Shown here piece by piece: positions 38,587 through 52,216 of a DNA stretch of 64,000 bases. Within the stretch, counting starts at the first letter, position 1; each line of letters opens with the position of its first letter. This DNA is from Octopus vulgaris (taxonomy: Eukaryota). The stretch is from NCBI GenBank assembly GCA_951406725.2, contig OX597824.1:47368001-47432000 (forward strand), written 5' to 3'. The notes beneath the pieces are model-generated. The model was given only the letters and a program-made list of their open reading frames with translations, did no database searches and was not told the DNA's origin. The translations under genes and the position numbers were made by a program.

Positions 38587-41533
38587 GTAAGTGTGTATCC
38601 ATCGCATTGCCTACTCCGATAACTTCCAAGTTACCTTAATATTTAACTGTAAACCTCACTTTACTTTGTAAAAACCGACGTGTAGTTGTTTGTATAAATG
38701 TAATTTTCTTATTCTGATTTCGAAATATTTGATTTAACCTTTGAATATCACCAAGTTATATTTTATTGATTCAGTTTTATATAGAAGCGTCTAGGTGTCG
38801 CCGTACTTTTCTTTGCTCCACCTTCGTTGATATAGAATGCGCTGTTTTGGAGTACCCATGCTTTCAATTTTTTATGGTCATAATCGTAACTCCCATTTTC
38901 TAAATATCTATTTTTGCTCCTTATTGTTGCAGTAATTAAAAATATATAAAGCGACGAAAATGAAAAGATCCAAAATGACTAGTACAACAGCTTTCTGCTG
39001 AGCAATCAGTATTCAAGCGTTATGTAAAATATCTAGTTTTGTATATGCATTTTATTTTTATTTTCAATATTGAATTATATAAATCATTCATAAATACATT
39101 TTAAAACTGAATTTCTGTACCTAATTTTAACAAAGCCACCAATTTAACGTTATAAATTATGTAACCATGTTCTAACATACTAAGACCAGTATCACTAAAA
39201 TTCACATCTGTCTGCATGCTAATCTACGAACAAAAAGTTTGTGCCCCCCTCCCCATTAGGTATGCCGAGAAGAGAAATATCTCACGTTTAGGGTAGGCCC
39301 GTTCGAATACTTGCCAACCCCACTGGTCCTCAGAAACTGTCATCGGTCCTACACACGTTAGGTCACTAATTGTGACGAGAGTGATCTCCCTTTATAAAGC
39401 AAACTCTTGTTTTCTTTTCTACGTATCATGCAATTCTTTTTCCCTCGTCATAGTTTTGAACAAATTGAAAATGTTTAAAACCATCTTAATTTTTTAAAAA
39501 CTTGGTAATTTGTCTTCCCCTTTTTCATTCTACATGGGTCCCCTTGGAGTCTTAGTTCCAAATGCTGGTATTGATTTATTGCAATTTTCTATATCCAAGT
39601 AGGATCCTACTGAGCACTGGGGTAATATAGTAATAGCACCAGATCTCAAATGTTTTGTAAGAGACAAAGAAATTAGATAATATTAGAACCTCAAAAGGAT
39701 TCACCACGCTACCTATTGCTAGTTTCACATAACAAGCAGAATGTGGTAGCTTGTATAGTTCTCTGAAGTAGCTGTGGATTGCAATAAGTAGCAGAGGAAT
39801 ATGACTATGGCTTTGTGCACTGGAAAATAAGAGTTGTCTTCTGGTTCATTCCCTCATCACTTTGGCTCAGACCTCTGTGAAGATGGATGATGAAGTTGGG
39901 CTTGGTCAAATCAATCAGTATGTCATGTCAAACCTGAGATAATGCCTCACCTTTTTTGTGCACCTCTTAGTTTCAGATGGCAGTAACCAAATTATTATAA
40001 AATAAACAAAACAGAGTTCTACTTCACGGTTGAGTGGTTATCAATAGTAAGAACATTCGGTGTAAAACAAATTGCATCAACAGCAGCCACAACAAAAAAA
40101 TTGGGAAATATAAATTCCAAACAGTAAATTAAATACAAAAATTGACACCATTTTTTAAGTGGCTTTGATGCACTAACTATGTATACCACATAGAAAAGAG
40201 GTTCATACTCTGACTAACAATTTATTGTTACAACATACAACATACTGAAGAAGACCTGCCCTGCATAGCAGAACTGTTAATGCCGCTCTCCCTACTTAAA
40301 AGGATTGGCCAGCAAGAGCCCTGTGCTGGTACCTTATAAAGGCACCTGTGGTAGCACCACATAAAAAATTTTCATGCTGGCATTACATTATATCACTTCT
40401 GTCTGCACCACATAAAAGTACCTGTGCTGGTGCCATGCAAAAAGTACTCTGTGATGTGGTTAGCATTAGGAAAGGTGTTCAGCCATAGAAACCAAGCCAA
40501 ATCAGACTGGAAACTGGTTCCACTCTCCTACTTGCCTGCTCCAGTTAAACCATCCAACTCATATCAGCATGGAAAGCAGGCATTAAATAATGATGATGAT
40601 GTTGATTATTATTACTATTATATAGGCAGCACATGCAATCAAAGTGACACTGGGGTACAAATGTACAAAGCCCAATATACCCATCATGACTACCTGTCCA
40701 ATAAGGGTACACCAGGCAAATACATCACAACCATATGTGCATGACATGGTGATCTTATATCAAGATAAACAGTGCATGACCTTGCAGGTGGGGCCCAGTT
40801 AGAATTTTCTTCAGGTTGAGTAGCCCATCCCTCTCTAAAGGTCCCTAAATAAGGTTTGTTTCAGGATGATGAATGAAACACTCATGTTTTCAGACGTGAA
40901 TTATTCAAACCCCAAAGAATTCCTCTCAACATATGGCTATGATGCTCCCCCACTACTTCTGCTCATGATCAGAGATGTACATGCTCAACTGGTTATGGTC
41001 AAACAATTAACAAGCAAATCTGTGGTATTGAGCAGAATATTTGCTGTAGCCCACCTCTTATACTAAGACAAAACAATGGACATGATCGCACTTCCAATCA
41101 GTTAAGATCAAAAGCCATGAGAGCCACCACCTGGTACTGCATCAGGGCATATTATTATTATTAAGGTGGTGAGCTGGCAGAATTGTTAGCATACTGGATG
41201 GAATGCTTAGTGGTATTTTGTCTGCTGCTACATTTTGAGTTCAAATTCCACCGAGGTTGATTTTGCCTTTCATCCTTTCAGGGTGGGTTGAAAACTTAAG
41301 TACCAGTTGAGTACTAGAGTTGATGTGATTGACTGTCCCACTCCTCACAAAATCCAGGCTTTGTGCCTACAGTAGAAAGTATTATTATCATTATTATTTT
41401 TTTTCCCTATATTATTTTATTTCCTATATTCATTTAGTATTCCTCTTTCAATACTTTTTAATTACACCTTCATTGCCATTTTGATATTTTATTTCTAAAA
41501 AAATTATTCTTTTTATTTTATTTTATTTTACAG

Positions 41534-41658
41534 TCCCAAAAAAGAATATGATATCGTTATAGTAGGAGGTGGAATTATTGGTCTGGCAACAGCAAGAGAG
41601 TTGATTCTTCGACATCCAAATCTATCTTTTGCTGTTTTAGAAAAAGAGAAAGAATTAG
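41534..41658 (+). CDS. L2HGDH: L2HGDH exon 2 (FAD-binding Rossmann motif)
   Basis: [37 protein letters not shown] with AG/GT boundaries. Confidence 0.96.
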
Positions 41659-43044
41659 GTATGATACTTTACTTTATGATTTATCTAGTTGAATTGTTTT
41701 TATAGAGTATGTTAAGTACTAACTTTTATTTAAAATGAAATTCCCACTTAAACAGTGTTTAGGTTGTGAATTTCAGATTAAATAGTAAATGAATCTAAAT
41801 ATTCCTTTTACTTTATCAAAAAGAGATTGGATAATTTCATTTGTTTGTGTTGTGGCTGCTTTAAGTTCTTTCCTTTCAATATTCTTTGTTTTTTGTACAA
41901 CTGGTTTTGTTCATCTGGTGCTGGTTTGATTGTTTCTGCTTTTGGTTTTGGTCATAACCTCCCCATTGCACCTTTCATGGATAATTATGGTAAATATGCT
42001 TGCTTTTCAAATCATTCTGTAGAAACACAAAAAGGTACTTATTTGTGGATGCCAAGCTTGAAAGCTTTTAGCTCTGGATCATTCTTTTTTTGTATTCACT
42101 GTAATAAGGTGCAGTTAGTGCACAAACATCAAGTAGATATTCAAATACTGTGGGGTTCATCTTTATTTTGTTTAGCATTGCTGTCTCACACTACAGCCTG
42201 TTTTCATGCAATGGTTCTTTATTCCTTTTGAACTCCCAACGAAGTGCATATGAAACTAAGTAAAGGGGAGCTGAGTCAAACTGTTATTAAATACATGTAA
42301 CTTCAGCCAAATGTGTTGACAGTGACTTTCTTTCATTTGTTCACTCTATATATGCACATACATGTATACATATAAATTATAATTCATTTTAAGCATTCCT
42401 GTTTCAAGTGTTATTTTTCTTTAATCTTAATATATCTGTCCCCTTTATAATAAGAGGTTATCTTTTCTTCTGAGTATCAAGCATATACTTAAGGGTCATT
42501 CATACCCAATTCTAAACCACAATGTTCATATCTATTTGATTGCACTTGAGAAAGTTTAAGAGTGATTAATATCTGCATCATGTGGACATGTTTGGAACAA
42601 CATGGAATTTTCTCAGTACAATAGCTTCAGTTTCATATCAGCGACTGTTCTCCATAAAGGAGAGGTAAGTATTTCAGCTATCAAGTTGCAGGCAAATTGT
42701 GCAGATTTGTGCTAATAGTAAGTGCACAAATGATGAAACACAATAGGTCAAAACTGTTCTGCTTTTTCTTGGATTTCTGATCACTGTGTCATTATTACTT
42801 TATGTATAGGGAGTTTCAGTTTCATTATTATTTGAATAATTCCCCTTCTCATTTTAACCAATTGCTTTCATTTCTGTCATCAATTTAAAAGTTAATGTTA
42901 GCACTGAAATAAGCCATTTGTCACCTATCAAAAATGTATATTCATAACTGTCTTTAACCATCTAATTTTCCTTTTTTTTTTGTGCTAACCAAGGAATAAA
43001 AATAAACAACAGACAAAATATTTTCTATTCTTTATAACCTCTAG

Positions 43045-43196
43045 CAAAACATCAGAGTGGCAACAACAGTGGTGTTATACATGCTGGAATATACTACACA
43101 CCTGGGTCTTTGAAGGCAAAGTTGTGCGTTGAAGGCTTCCACAAGGCATACAAATACTGTGATGAAAACAACATACCTTATAAGGAATGCGGTAAG
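43045..43196 (+). CDS. L2HGDH: L2HGDH exon 3
   Basis: [32 protein letters not shown] with AG/GTAAGT boundaries. Confidence 0.97.
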
Positions 43197-43520
43197 GTAA
43201 GTGATCTTTATCAATGGTGAAACTGATTCTTTCATTATCTTATAGGAAAATCTTGAATGAAAGGTAAATTTAACTGGAATTGAATTCAGAAAGTAAAGAA
43301 ACAACTCTAAATACAAGACATTATAACCAGCTCTTTGCTATTTCTGACTTTCAGCACCCTACAAATATTGATTTCTTACATTAACTTCAAATTTATAGAG
43401 GAACAGTGTATAATCAATTGAATGAAGTCCAGTATAGAGTTGTTGGCTATATTATTTTCCCAGAGGATGAAAAGTTAAATTGATCTCTATGAATTTAAAC
43501 TCAGAATATAAAAGAACATA

Positions 43521-43976
43521 CCATAAATCCTCGAGTATAATCCGCATTTTTCCCCCAAAATTTAAAGGTCAAAATCCCTAGTGTGTACTATATACGAGGT
43601 TAAAAATGAAAATTATTTTCTAAGCAATGTCCAAGTCTCTATTTGTTGTCCGGCAATGTTTATTCAGATGCATTTTGTGTTGTCAGGCACGAAGATACCT
43701 TAAGCTAAGCCTGAAAGCAATGAAGTCATAAAAGAATCATCCATAACTTGCAATAAGCAACATTTATTAAACGTTATTACTGTTATTTCTTTATTTTCTG
43801 CTAACAAAATGCACAAAAAAGCTACACGTTTGCATTATGTTATATATACGATAATAATAAAGGACGTTACCGTATACATTTTTACAAACCAAGGACGTTA
43901 TATAGACCTCCTTGACTCAAGTTAGAGAAGGGGTGCGTATTATACTCAAGGGCAGACTATACTCGAGGATTTACGG
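43521..43976. mobile_element. Non-autonomous Tc1/mariner-superfamily element (Tc2/pogo-like CCGTA ends)
   Basis: TA|CCATAAATCCTCGAGTATA ... TATACTCGAGGATTTACGG|TA, inserted in a SINE-like sequence in L2HGDH intron 3. Confidence 0.85.
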
Positions 43977-44503
43977 TAAGTATATGTTGGAAGGCATTTA
44001 GCCAAGGACACTACTGTCACTCTGTCTCTCCACTGCTCTTTCCATTATTTCTATTGTTATTATTGCTGCTGCTTAGGTAGGGAAGGGCAGCCCATCTTCC
44101 TCTGTCTGGTGGTTATAGCAAAAGAAACAAGTAAGGATTGGTGACCTGAAAAAGCATCTGACCATAGAAAATTGACCTCAAAAAATATCATCTGACCCAT
44201 TCAAGCATGAAAAAGTTGATGTTAAAGCAATGATGATGATGTTGATGACCTTATGAAATTGCTGTTGTTTGTATTCACTCTCTGCTAACTGATGCAGTTA
44301 ACTTTTTTGGTATAGTATATGTATATTTGTATTTGAATGTGTATTTATGTATTAGGATTGTAAAGAAATTATTGATATTTCTTATCAGTGTGGAAACAAT
44401 ATTAGTCTTACAATTCTGAGTTAAATTGTTGTATGTAAATAATTTTTTTCATAATTGCTGTTATATTACTAATTATACTTAAGCAAGATTATTTTTCTGG
44501 CAG

Positions 44504-44635
44504 TTGATTGTAGCAACGAATCCTGAGGAACTTTCTAGGCTTGATAATCTCTATGAACGAGGACAGAAAAACAATGTGAAAGGCATGAGAATGGTTGGCC
44601 CTAAAGAAATTCAAGATATTGAACCAAACTGTGTT
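44504..44635 (+). CDS. L2HGDH: L2HGDH exon 4
   Basis: LIVATNPEELSRLDNLYERGQKNNVKGMRMV..IEPNCV with AG/GTAAGT boundaries. Confidence 0.96.
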
Positions 44636-45423
44636 GTAAGTTGAACGGAAGAAATTGTATGCTTGTTTTATTTATTCACTGTATCACTATATCAACCAGA
44701 CTATTAGATGTTGTTATACACCACTGAACACAATGCGCTTCCTTTCATTGCTGTAGGTTTTGAATGATTGTTTTCAATCATTACATATATTTATTACAGT
44801 TTATTTCATGACTTTTGTATGTAGTGAATACTTAGCAAAATTTGAACATGCATATCTTAGAAATATTATGAGAATATGTAGCCAACTAGCGAAGTTAGCC
44901 ATTTGTATCTTGCTATGTCATTGTGTTGTATCTATGGTCAATATACTTAACCCAGTTTATTTGTCTATAAATAGGTGCCACTTAATAGCAATAATGTTAC
45001 ATTATAGCAAGTAGTAATATTGTGAAACTGATGAAGATTTTGTTAGCTTGCCCTGCTATAGACAACAGCCACATGAAAGTATAAGAGAGAGAGAAATGGG
45101 TTCTACCAAACTGAGATGACCTAAATGTATTACATAAAGACAAAGTTTTCAGTGGTGCATTCATTACTGTGTAACCAGTTACTAAACCATATATGCCACA
45201 CTAAATTTTTTAAAGGTTTTTAATGGAGTGGGGTGGCACCTTCAATTGCTCAACAGGTCAAATTAAGATGTTCAACCAATTGTTAAACACCACTTGTTAA
45301 AGGATGAACATCAGCTCCAACAAAAGAAGCAAAACATCTCAACAGTATCTGAATAACAAAAGTAAAAAGCATGCTACAAAGTGAACTAGGAGAACTGTAA
45401 CATTCCCTACTGTTTGTTATTGC

Positions 45424-45461
<38 letters not shown>

Positions 45462-45556
45462 GCTGGTACTGTTGAAAAAAAGCTCTCAATTTTAAATTAA
45501 GTAACAAGAAAATTTCATTTTAAAATTTATGTTTTGTCTTTCCTTTGTATTATTAG

Positions 45557-45739
45557 GGACTGCGAGCTATTCATTCACCCCATACAGGAATTGTAGATTG
45601 GAGACAGGTTGCTCTCAGTTATGGAGAAAATTTTAAAAAATGTGGAGGCCATATCTTCACAGATTTTGCTGCTAACAAGTTTTTGATGTCAACAGAAAAT
45701 TTAAAATATCCTGTGACAGTTATGGGTGATGCGAAAAAG
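45557..45739 (+). CDS. L2HGDH: L2HGDH exon 5
   Basis: GLRAIHSPHTGIVDWRQVALSYGENF..YPVTV with AG/GT boundaries. Confidence 0.95.
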
Positions 45740-46732
45740 GTAATTTCTACAATGATTTTTAAAGAAAAGATACTTTTAAAAAAAATATTTGCTTACATAT
45801 AATGTGTATATGCACATTCAAAGAAACATTCACAGATATATCTGCACACACACATGCATACATATGCACTTATGCATTACACATAATGAAAAAAGCAGAA
45901 ATGTTTTTTTATTGAAACAAATTTCTTTTTACACATGTATTTATACTCACACACACATACACAAATGCATCCACACATGACTATGCACAAATGCATTCAT
46001 ACATTATTCTGTACACCCATAATTGATGATTAGCTGTTGTATGGATGTCTGCTATCATTGAATATGTGGACATGAAGAAACAGTAGACATACATTGCTCA
46101 ACAATCTGATGGCATGGTGTGCTCTACAGCTAAAAGGACCACCACCCATAAATGTGAAGAACATAAAAAAATAAATCTTTTAACGTGGATCCACTTTTTT
46201 GTACCACCATTAGCAGGAAGTCTGTGACACACTAAAGTTTTGACAATTTCCAATGTACTTAGCAGATAAAAGATCATAAATGGTTGAGTTGGTAGGTTAT
46301 TGGAGCTGTAGTGTACCCTGAGCTAATGTGCCTAACTCTAAACTATGAACTACATCTGTCTCAGTAATGTCTTACTACGTTGTTGATTTGCCACAAACTT
46401 ATAGATTTTACTACCTAACCAACTCTGTAATAAACTTTGCTTCTGTTGTACTGTTGTGATTTCTCTTTAAAATCATTGGTTCACTATTGGAGCTGTTTTC
46501 AGTTGTTCACTTTATTCATGCATTTTAGGAATGAAAGAGATAAACAACATTTCTTTTTTTTTTGCCTTAAAATAGTAGACTTTACGAATATACAAAAAAT
46601 CTATTGTGGAAGAATCTCTACAGTATTCAACCTACACAATATAACCTTAATATTATATTGATAAAGTATTCCTCTTCAGTAACATATTCACTGATATAAA
46701 TTATGTTGTTGCCTTTTTTTTTTTTTCCACAG

Positions 46733-46900
46733 GATCAAGCAATACAATGTCAGTATTTGATAACCTGTGGTGGACTCTATTCTGATCGTCTGGCTGAGAA
46801 AACTGGTTGTGATAGAAAACCTCGTATTGTCCCATTCCGTGGTGACTACTTGTTATTGAAACCTCATAAGAGTGATATGGTCAGAGGAAACATATATCCA
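46733..46900 (+). CDS. L2HGDH: L2HGDH exon 6
   Basis: [37 protein letters not shown]; the donor is GTTGAG. Confidence 0.95.
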
Positions 46901-47034
46901 GTTGAGTACTCATTTGTTATTTCTGTCTATTTTAAAGATTTAACTGATGTTGGCAAAGTATCAATAATAAATCATGAATTCTTTCAGTTGAAATTTTAAC
47001 TAATTCAGGTAACTGGCCATAAAAGATTTTCTTG

Positions 47035-47280
47035 ACAGTTCATGACTGAGCTGCTTGGCTGACTGGTTCGCAGAACACCTCCGAGATATTAGACTCAGCA
47101 CCAACACCCTGGTCTCACACCATTTCCGCTCTACCAGTAATTCATTAAATACCTGTCTGTGTTTGGATTGTCCTTGCACAGGGTCCATCCTGACTCCTGC
47201 CTTTGCTGTAAACAGGAATAAATCTTCTCTCTTCGCTCCTTTGCACCACATGGTCTCAACTCCCCTCCCCTCTTCATCTG
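47035..47280 (+). mobile_element. Penelope-like GIY-YIG endonuclease C-terminal relic
   Basis: LADWFAEHLRDIR..VSHHF, LSVFGL and APHGLN correspond to the Penelope RxxEH..xxHF..PxGLN pattern. Confidence 0.7.
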
Positions 47281-47739
47281 ACTTGTGGATAAAGTAATTA
47301 TATCATCATCATTATTGTTTTAACATCCACTTTTCCGAGCTCACATTAGTCAGAATTTTACGAGGCAAATTTTCTACAGCCTGCTGCCGATCCTGTCACT
47401 AACCCTGAACTGTTTTGAAGCAAGGTAATATTTCCTTACAGCCAAACATATTTTCATGGAAGATTAAAAAGAAGATACTTGCCCAAGTTGCCATGCAATG
47501 AGACTGAACTCAACACCAAGTAATTGAGAATCAAACTTCTAAACTACACAAACATTTCGCATTTTAATCACACGAAGCTAATGACGTGTGTGTGTGTGTG
47601 TTGTTTTGTTTTGTTTTGTTTTGTTTTTTTTATGCTTCTTCAATGACATTTTTCAGCACAGGTATTTGTTGGGTTTTATTTTTAATCATGGGTAATCTTT
47701 GTAATCCCTTTTTATATCTTAACTCATTTTTATTAACAG

Positions 47740-47897
47740 GTACCTGATCCCAGATTTCCATTCCTTGGAGTCCATTTCACACCTCGTGTTGATGGCAGTG
47801 TGTGGTTAGGTCCAAATGCTGTGTTGGCTTTCAAAAGAGAAGGCTATACATTCTTTAGTTTCAGTGCCAAAGATATGATAGACGCACTGTCTTACAG
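47740..47897 (+). CDS. L2HGDH: L2HGDH exon 7
   Basis: [36 protein letters not shown] with AG/GTAAG boundaries. Confidence 0.97.
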
Positions 47898-48441
47898 GTA
47901 AGAAATCAATGTTTTTTTTTCTCAGGCTTGAACCAAAATTTGAATTTTACTATCTTGATGAGAAACAGTGCCCTCAGGTTTCTTCAGCCTTTTTAAAGTA
48001 TATTGATGTTGTTGCTGTTTATCCTGTTAAGAATGAGGAAGAGATGCTATGAGGTTATTGCTAGCTGTATCCACCTAATGAACAAACCTTCAGGAAAACT
48101 CACTAGAAATAGCAACCAAATCACTCTAAAACCAGACCCTACCATTTTTAAGAGGATACATTGGATAATGCATCTTAAGTCAGTAAAAAGATTGAATAAT
48201 AAAGGCTAGAATGTCTTGGGTCACAGATAGGCTCAATCAGGGCTGACTTGAGGTTAAACAGCAACAATTATGCTTTATAAAAAGACTAACATTTAAATTT
48301 AGCTTAATATCATTTTTAAATAATTCTAATAATTTTGTTATGCAATTGTCTAGATGTCATTATGCCAATAATTGCAGAAAGCTAGCTTGGTGATAATTCA
48401 TTATTAATTCTATCATTATTTAATTAATCACTTGACATTAA

Positions 48442-48662
48442 CCCTTTAGCAATTAGATTACTCTGTCAAATGTAACACTTATTTATTCACATTGTTTTCA
48501 ATTAAGCATGTAGTATCTTGAAGCTTTGAGATTTTTATGATGTTATCATTTATTTTTAAAATGACATTGTAGGGCAAGTATGAGAGGCTGAATGTGGCTA
48601 AATTTGAACATAAAACTGGTAGAATATTTAGGCCAGATATGGCCAGTTCAAATGTTAAAGGG
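48442..48662. mobile_element. TTAA-flanked MITE, family B
   Basis: TTAA|CCCTTTAGCA ... TGTTAAAGGG|TTAA; related copies at 1-205 and, inverted, at about 31797-32008. Confidence 0.8.
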
Positions 48663-48689
48663 TTAATGATGTTATATATTTGTTTGCAG

Positions 48690-48821
48690 TGGTTTAAGAA
48701 AAATAGCAATGAAGAATTTAAGTTTTGGTCTTAATGAAATGTACCGAGGTCTTTTCATTGGTGCTCAAGTTAAACAGCTTCAGAGGTTTATTCCATCTTT
48801 GAAACTTGAAGATGTCATCAG
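48690..48821 (+). CDS. L2HGDH: L2HGDH exon 8
   Basis: GLRKIAMKNLSFGLNEMYRGLFIGAQVKQLQRFIPSL; phase-consistent AG/GT boundaries. Confidence 0.95.
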
Positions 48822-50352
48822 GTAAGATCTTTTATTTATAGATATTCTTTACTGATTTCAGTCACTGGACTGCTACCATACTTGAGTACTACTTGGCCAA
48901 TCCTAACACTTATTTAATCACCAATATTTGTCAAACTGCTGAGTTACTGGTCATACTATACAGAATCATCACTACACACACACATAGATGCAGGCATGAC
49001 TGAGTGGTGAAGCTGTTTGTCTCCCACCTAACTACTTTTTGTGGGGTTCAATCCCACTGTGTGGCACCTGTATCTTCTTCTGTAGCTCTGGGCAAATCAA
49101 AGTCTTGTATGTGGATATAATAGATGGAAACTAAAAGAAGTCTATCACTTATGTGTATGTGTGCATGCTTGTAACTTGTCATGACAATATGTAATACTTA
49201 TAAATGTGCATCACCATTATACAGTGTTCCTTGTTTCCAGTCTTCTGTGAAAACATGACCTACCATGGAAAAAATATTATGTTGCCTCAGAAAAAGCAAA
49301 GATTAGTGACAAGAAAGGCAGCAGACTGTAAAATATCTATCTCAGTAAATTCTGTCTGACACATGTGAGCATGGAAAAGTGGGCATTGAAACAATGATTC
49401 ATACACACACACACATGCATACATACATAATATCACTGTCGTTATTTAACATCAGTTTTTTTCTGCTGGCATGAGTCATGGCTTGACAGGTTCTGATAAG
49501 CCAGAAAAACTGCACTAAGCTATATCTGCTTTGGCATGGTCTCTAAGGCTGGATGCTCTTCCTAACACCAACTACTTTACAGAGTGTACTGTGTATTGAT
49601 TTTCATGGTACTGGCACTAGTGAGGTCACTGAGTAACTTGCAATAAGTGGAAGTGTAGAAGTGAGGGAGGTAGCTTAATACCAGGTGATGAGTGGTTAAA
49701 GTATGATAGATGACCAGGAATAGGTATCTTATTGTAGAGAAGATACATGGCTACCCCAATTGGAAAAAGAAAGAAGATGGCGATAATAAGGTGTCTGGGC
49801 ATGCCATTAATGCACAAGTAGGTGAATTTATGAGAAGTAAGGCAGAAAATTAGACACAGTGAAAAAGTAGGTAGTAAGTTTGCGAAAGTGTAAAAGGAGA
49901 GTAGCTGATGAATAAAGAGGTGAATGGTGAACACAAGTAGGGACATTGTTAATGGCAAATATGAGTTTGTTGGGGGAAAAGGTGAAGGAAATAATTGGTC
50001 AGTGAAGTAATAAGTGAGAGCACAGATGATGTGAAATGTGCAAGAGAAATGAACAGTGCATGGGACAAGGTCAGAGGTACAGAGGCGAAAATAGTGAGTG
50101 ATGGACAAAAGTAGTTGGGGTTGCCATTGGCAGAATGAGGGAAAAGGAGATGAAGGGATAGTACTGAGAGTATGGGTGACAAAAGGAAGTAGTTTCAGGG
50201 AGAGTGATAATTGGCATCACAATAGGGAGGATGAAATATGTGCAGTTCTGAGTGAATAGGACCATAGTCAGAAGAGTGGAAGGTTGAGAGTAAGGAAGAT
50301 GAGTTGTAGGGGAGAGACTCAACAGGGACAGATTGCATGCAGGGGCATAGAC

Positions 50353-50565
50353 ATATATATGTGTATATATATATATGTATATATATATGTGTGTATATAT
50401 ATGTGTGTATATATATGTGTGTGTATATATATATGTATATATATATGTATATGTATATATGTATATGTATATGTGTGTGTATATATATGTGTGTATATAT
50501 ATATGTGTGTGTGTATATATATGTGTGTGTATATATATATGTGTGTGTGTATATATATGTGTGTG

Positions 50566-50596
<31 letters not shown>

Positions 50597-50665
50597 ATAT
50601 ATATATGTGTGTGTGTGTATATATATATGTGTGTGTATATATATATATGTGTGTGTGTATATATA

Positions 50666-50696
<31 letters not shown>

Positions 50697-50920
50697 GTGT
50701 GTGTGTGTGTGTATATATATGTGTGTGTATATATATATGTGTGTGTGTGTGTATATATATATGTGTGTATGTGTGTATATATATATGTGTGTGTGTATAT
50801 ATATATGTGTGTGTATGTATATATATATATGTGTGTGTGTATGTATATATATATATATGTGTGTGTGTGTATATATGTATATATATATATATGTGTGTGT
50901 GTGTATATATATATGTGTGC

Positions 50921-50955
<35 letters not shown>
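50353..50955. repeat. Compound (TA)n/(TG)n microsatellite of about 600 bp
   Basis: Nearly uninterrupted alternating purine-pyrimidine tract in L2HGDH intron 8. Confidence 0.97.
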
Positions 50956-50957
<2 letters not shown>

Positions 50958-52020
50958 TTCTGTTGTTATTAAGTGTACCTTGCAACCACATACTTCTGGA
51001 ATCCCACCATGTGGCCCTATAGGCAAATGTCTTCTGTTAGAGATTTTGGGTTGGCCAACACATTGAAAGTGAAATTTGATAGATAGAAACTGTACAGAAG
51101 TGTGAGGTTTGGCAGAAACGAGTAATAAACAAAATATCTTTATGTTCTGAGTTCAAATCCTATCATGGTTAACTTTATTGTTCAAACTTATAATAAAATG
51201 AATACCATTCAAGTACTTGGTTGATGTATTTTACCTTGTGCTTATGATAGAAATCAACGTCTTAAAAAAAATCCACTGGAAATCTTTTCAAACTACTAAA
51301 CAGTTGTGCTAGAGTGATCCCTAAGATTTCCTTTAAATGCAATACATTTGCCATAGTAATCAGTCTGCATTGGAAACTAATGAAAAAGTGTTAAAACTTA
51401 ATTCTGATGAAATGATACTTAAACACTAGCTACTGTTTCAATTGAACTCTTCTAATCATCTTTCATTGGTTCTTTCAATTTTTATAACCACTTACATTTA
51501 GAAACAGTTACAAGAAAAAAGATGTCTAGAACATCATTATTTTAAAATAGCTAATTGCAAATTTTGAACAGCAAAAAAATAATTTGCTTCTTTTTTTTTT
51601 ATATCAAATCAGAATATCATTTTCTACACTGAAGATGACTTTTTCTAAATACCCTACATAAATTAGCATCATTATCATCAACATTTAGTGTCTGTTTCCT
51701 ATACAGGCATGGGTTGGACAACCTGACAAGAACTGGCAAGGCCAGGGGCTACACCAGGTTCCATAGTCTGTTTTTGCTTGGTTTATGGTTGGATGCCCTT
51801 CCTAATGCCAATCACTATATTGAGTGTACTGGGTGCTTTTTACATGGTACTTTGGTTTTAGGATCTCAATCCTGCAGTATTCTGAAATTAGTCTTAGATT
51901 GTCAAATGCAGCAAGAACTGTGTAACATAGGTAGGATAAAATATCAATGTCATTAAGAAATATACTTTTACTTCCCTTTTTGCATCATTTGTTTTGATTT
52001 GTTGTTTACTTTTATCCCAG

Positions 52021-52216
52021 AGGACCATCTGGTGTGAGAGCTCAAGCTTTGGACAAGGATGGCAATTTGGTAGATGATTTTGTATTTGACAGTGGCACTG
52101 GTGATATGTCTAAAAGGATCCTTCATGTACGTAATGCTCCCTCTCCGGCTGCTACATCATCTCTAGCTATTTCAAGGATTGTTGCAGATCAAGTCGACAG
52201 TATGATTCATTCATAA
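52021..52216 (+). CDS. L2HGDH: L2HGDH exon 9 (terminal)
   Basis: [41 protein letters not shown]; AATAAA at 52271. The nine exons sum to 1368 nt (455 aa plus stop). Confidence 0.97.

Noticed and set aside
50071-51066. Several 190-306 aa ORFs rich in YI/HT/VC
   Set aside because: Translations of the (TA)n/(TG)n microsatellite, which lacks stop codons.
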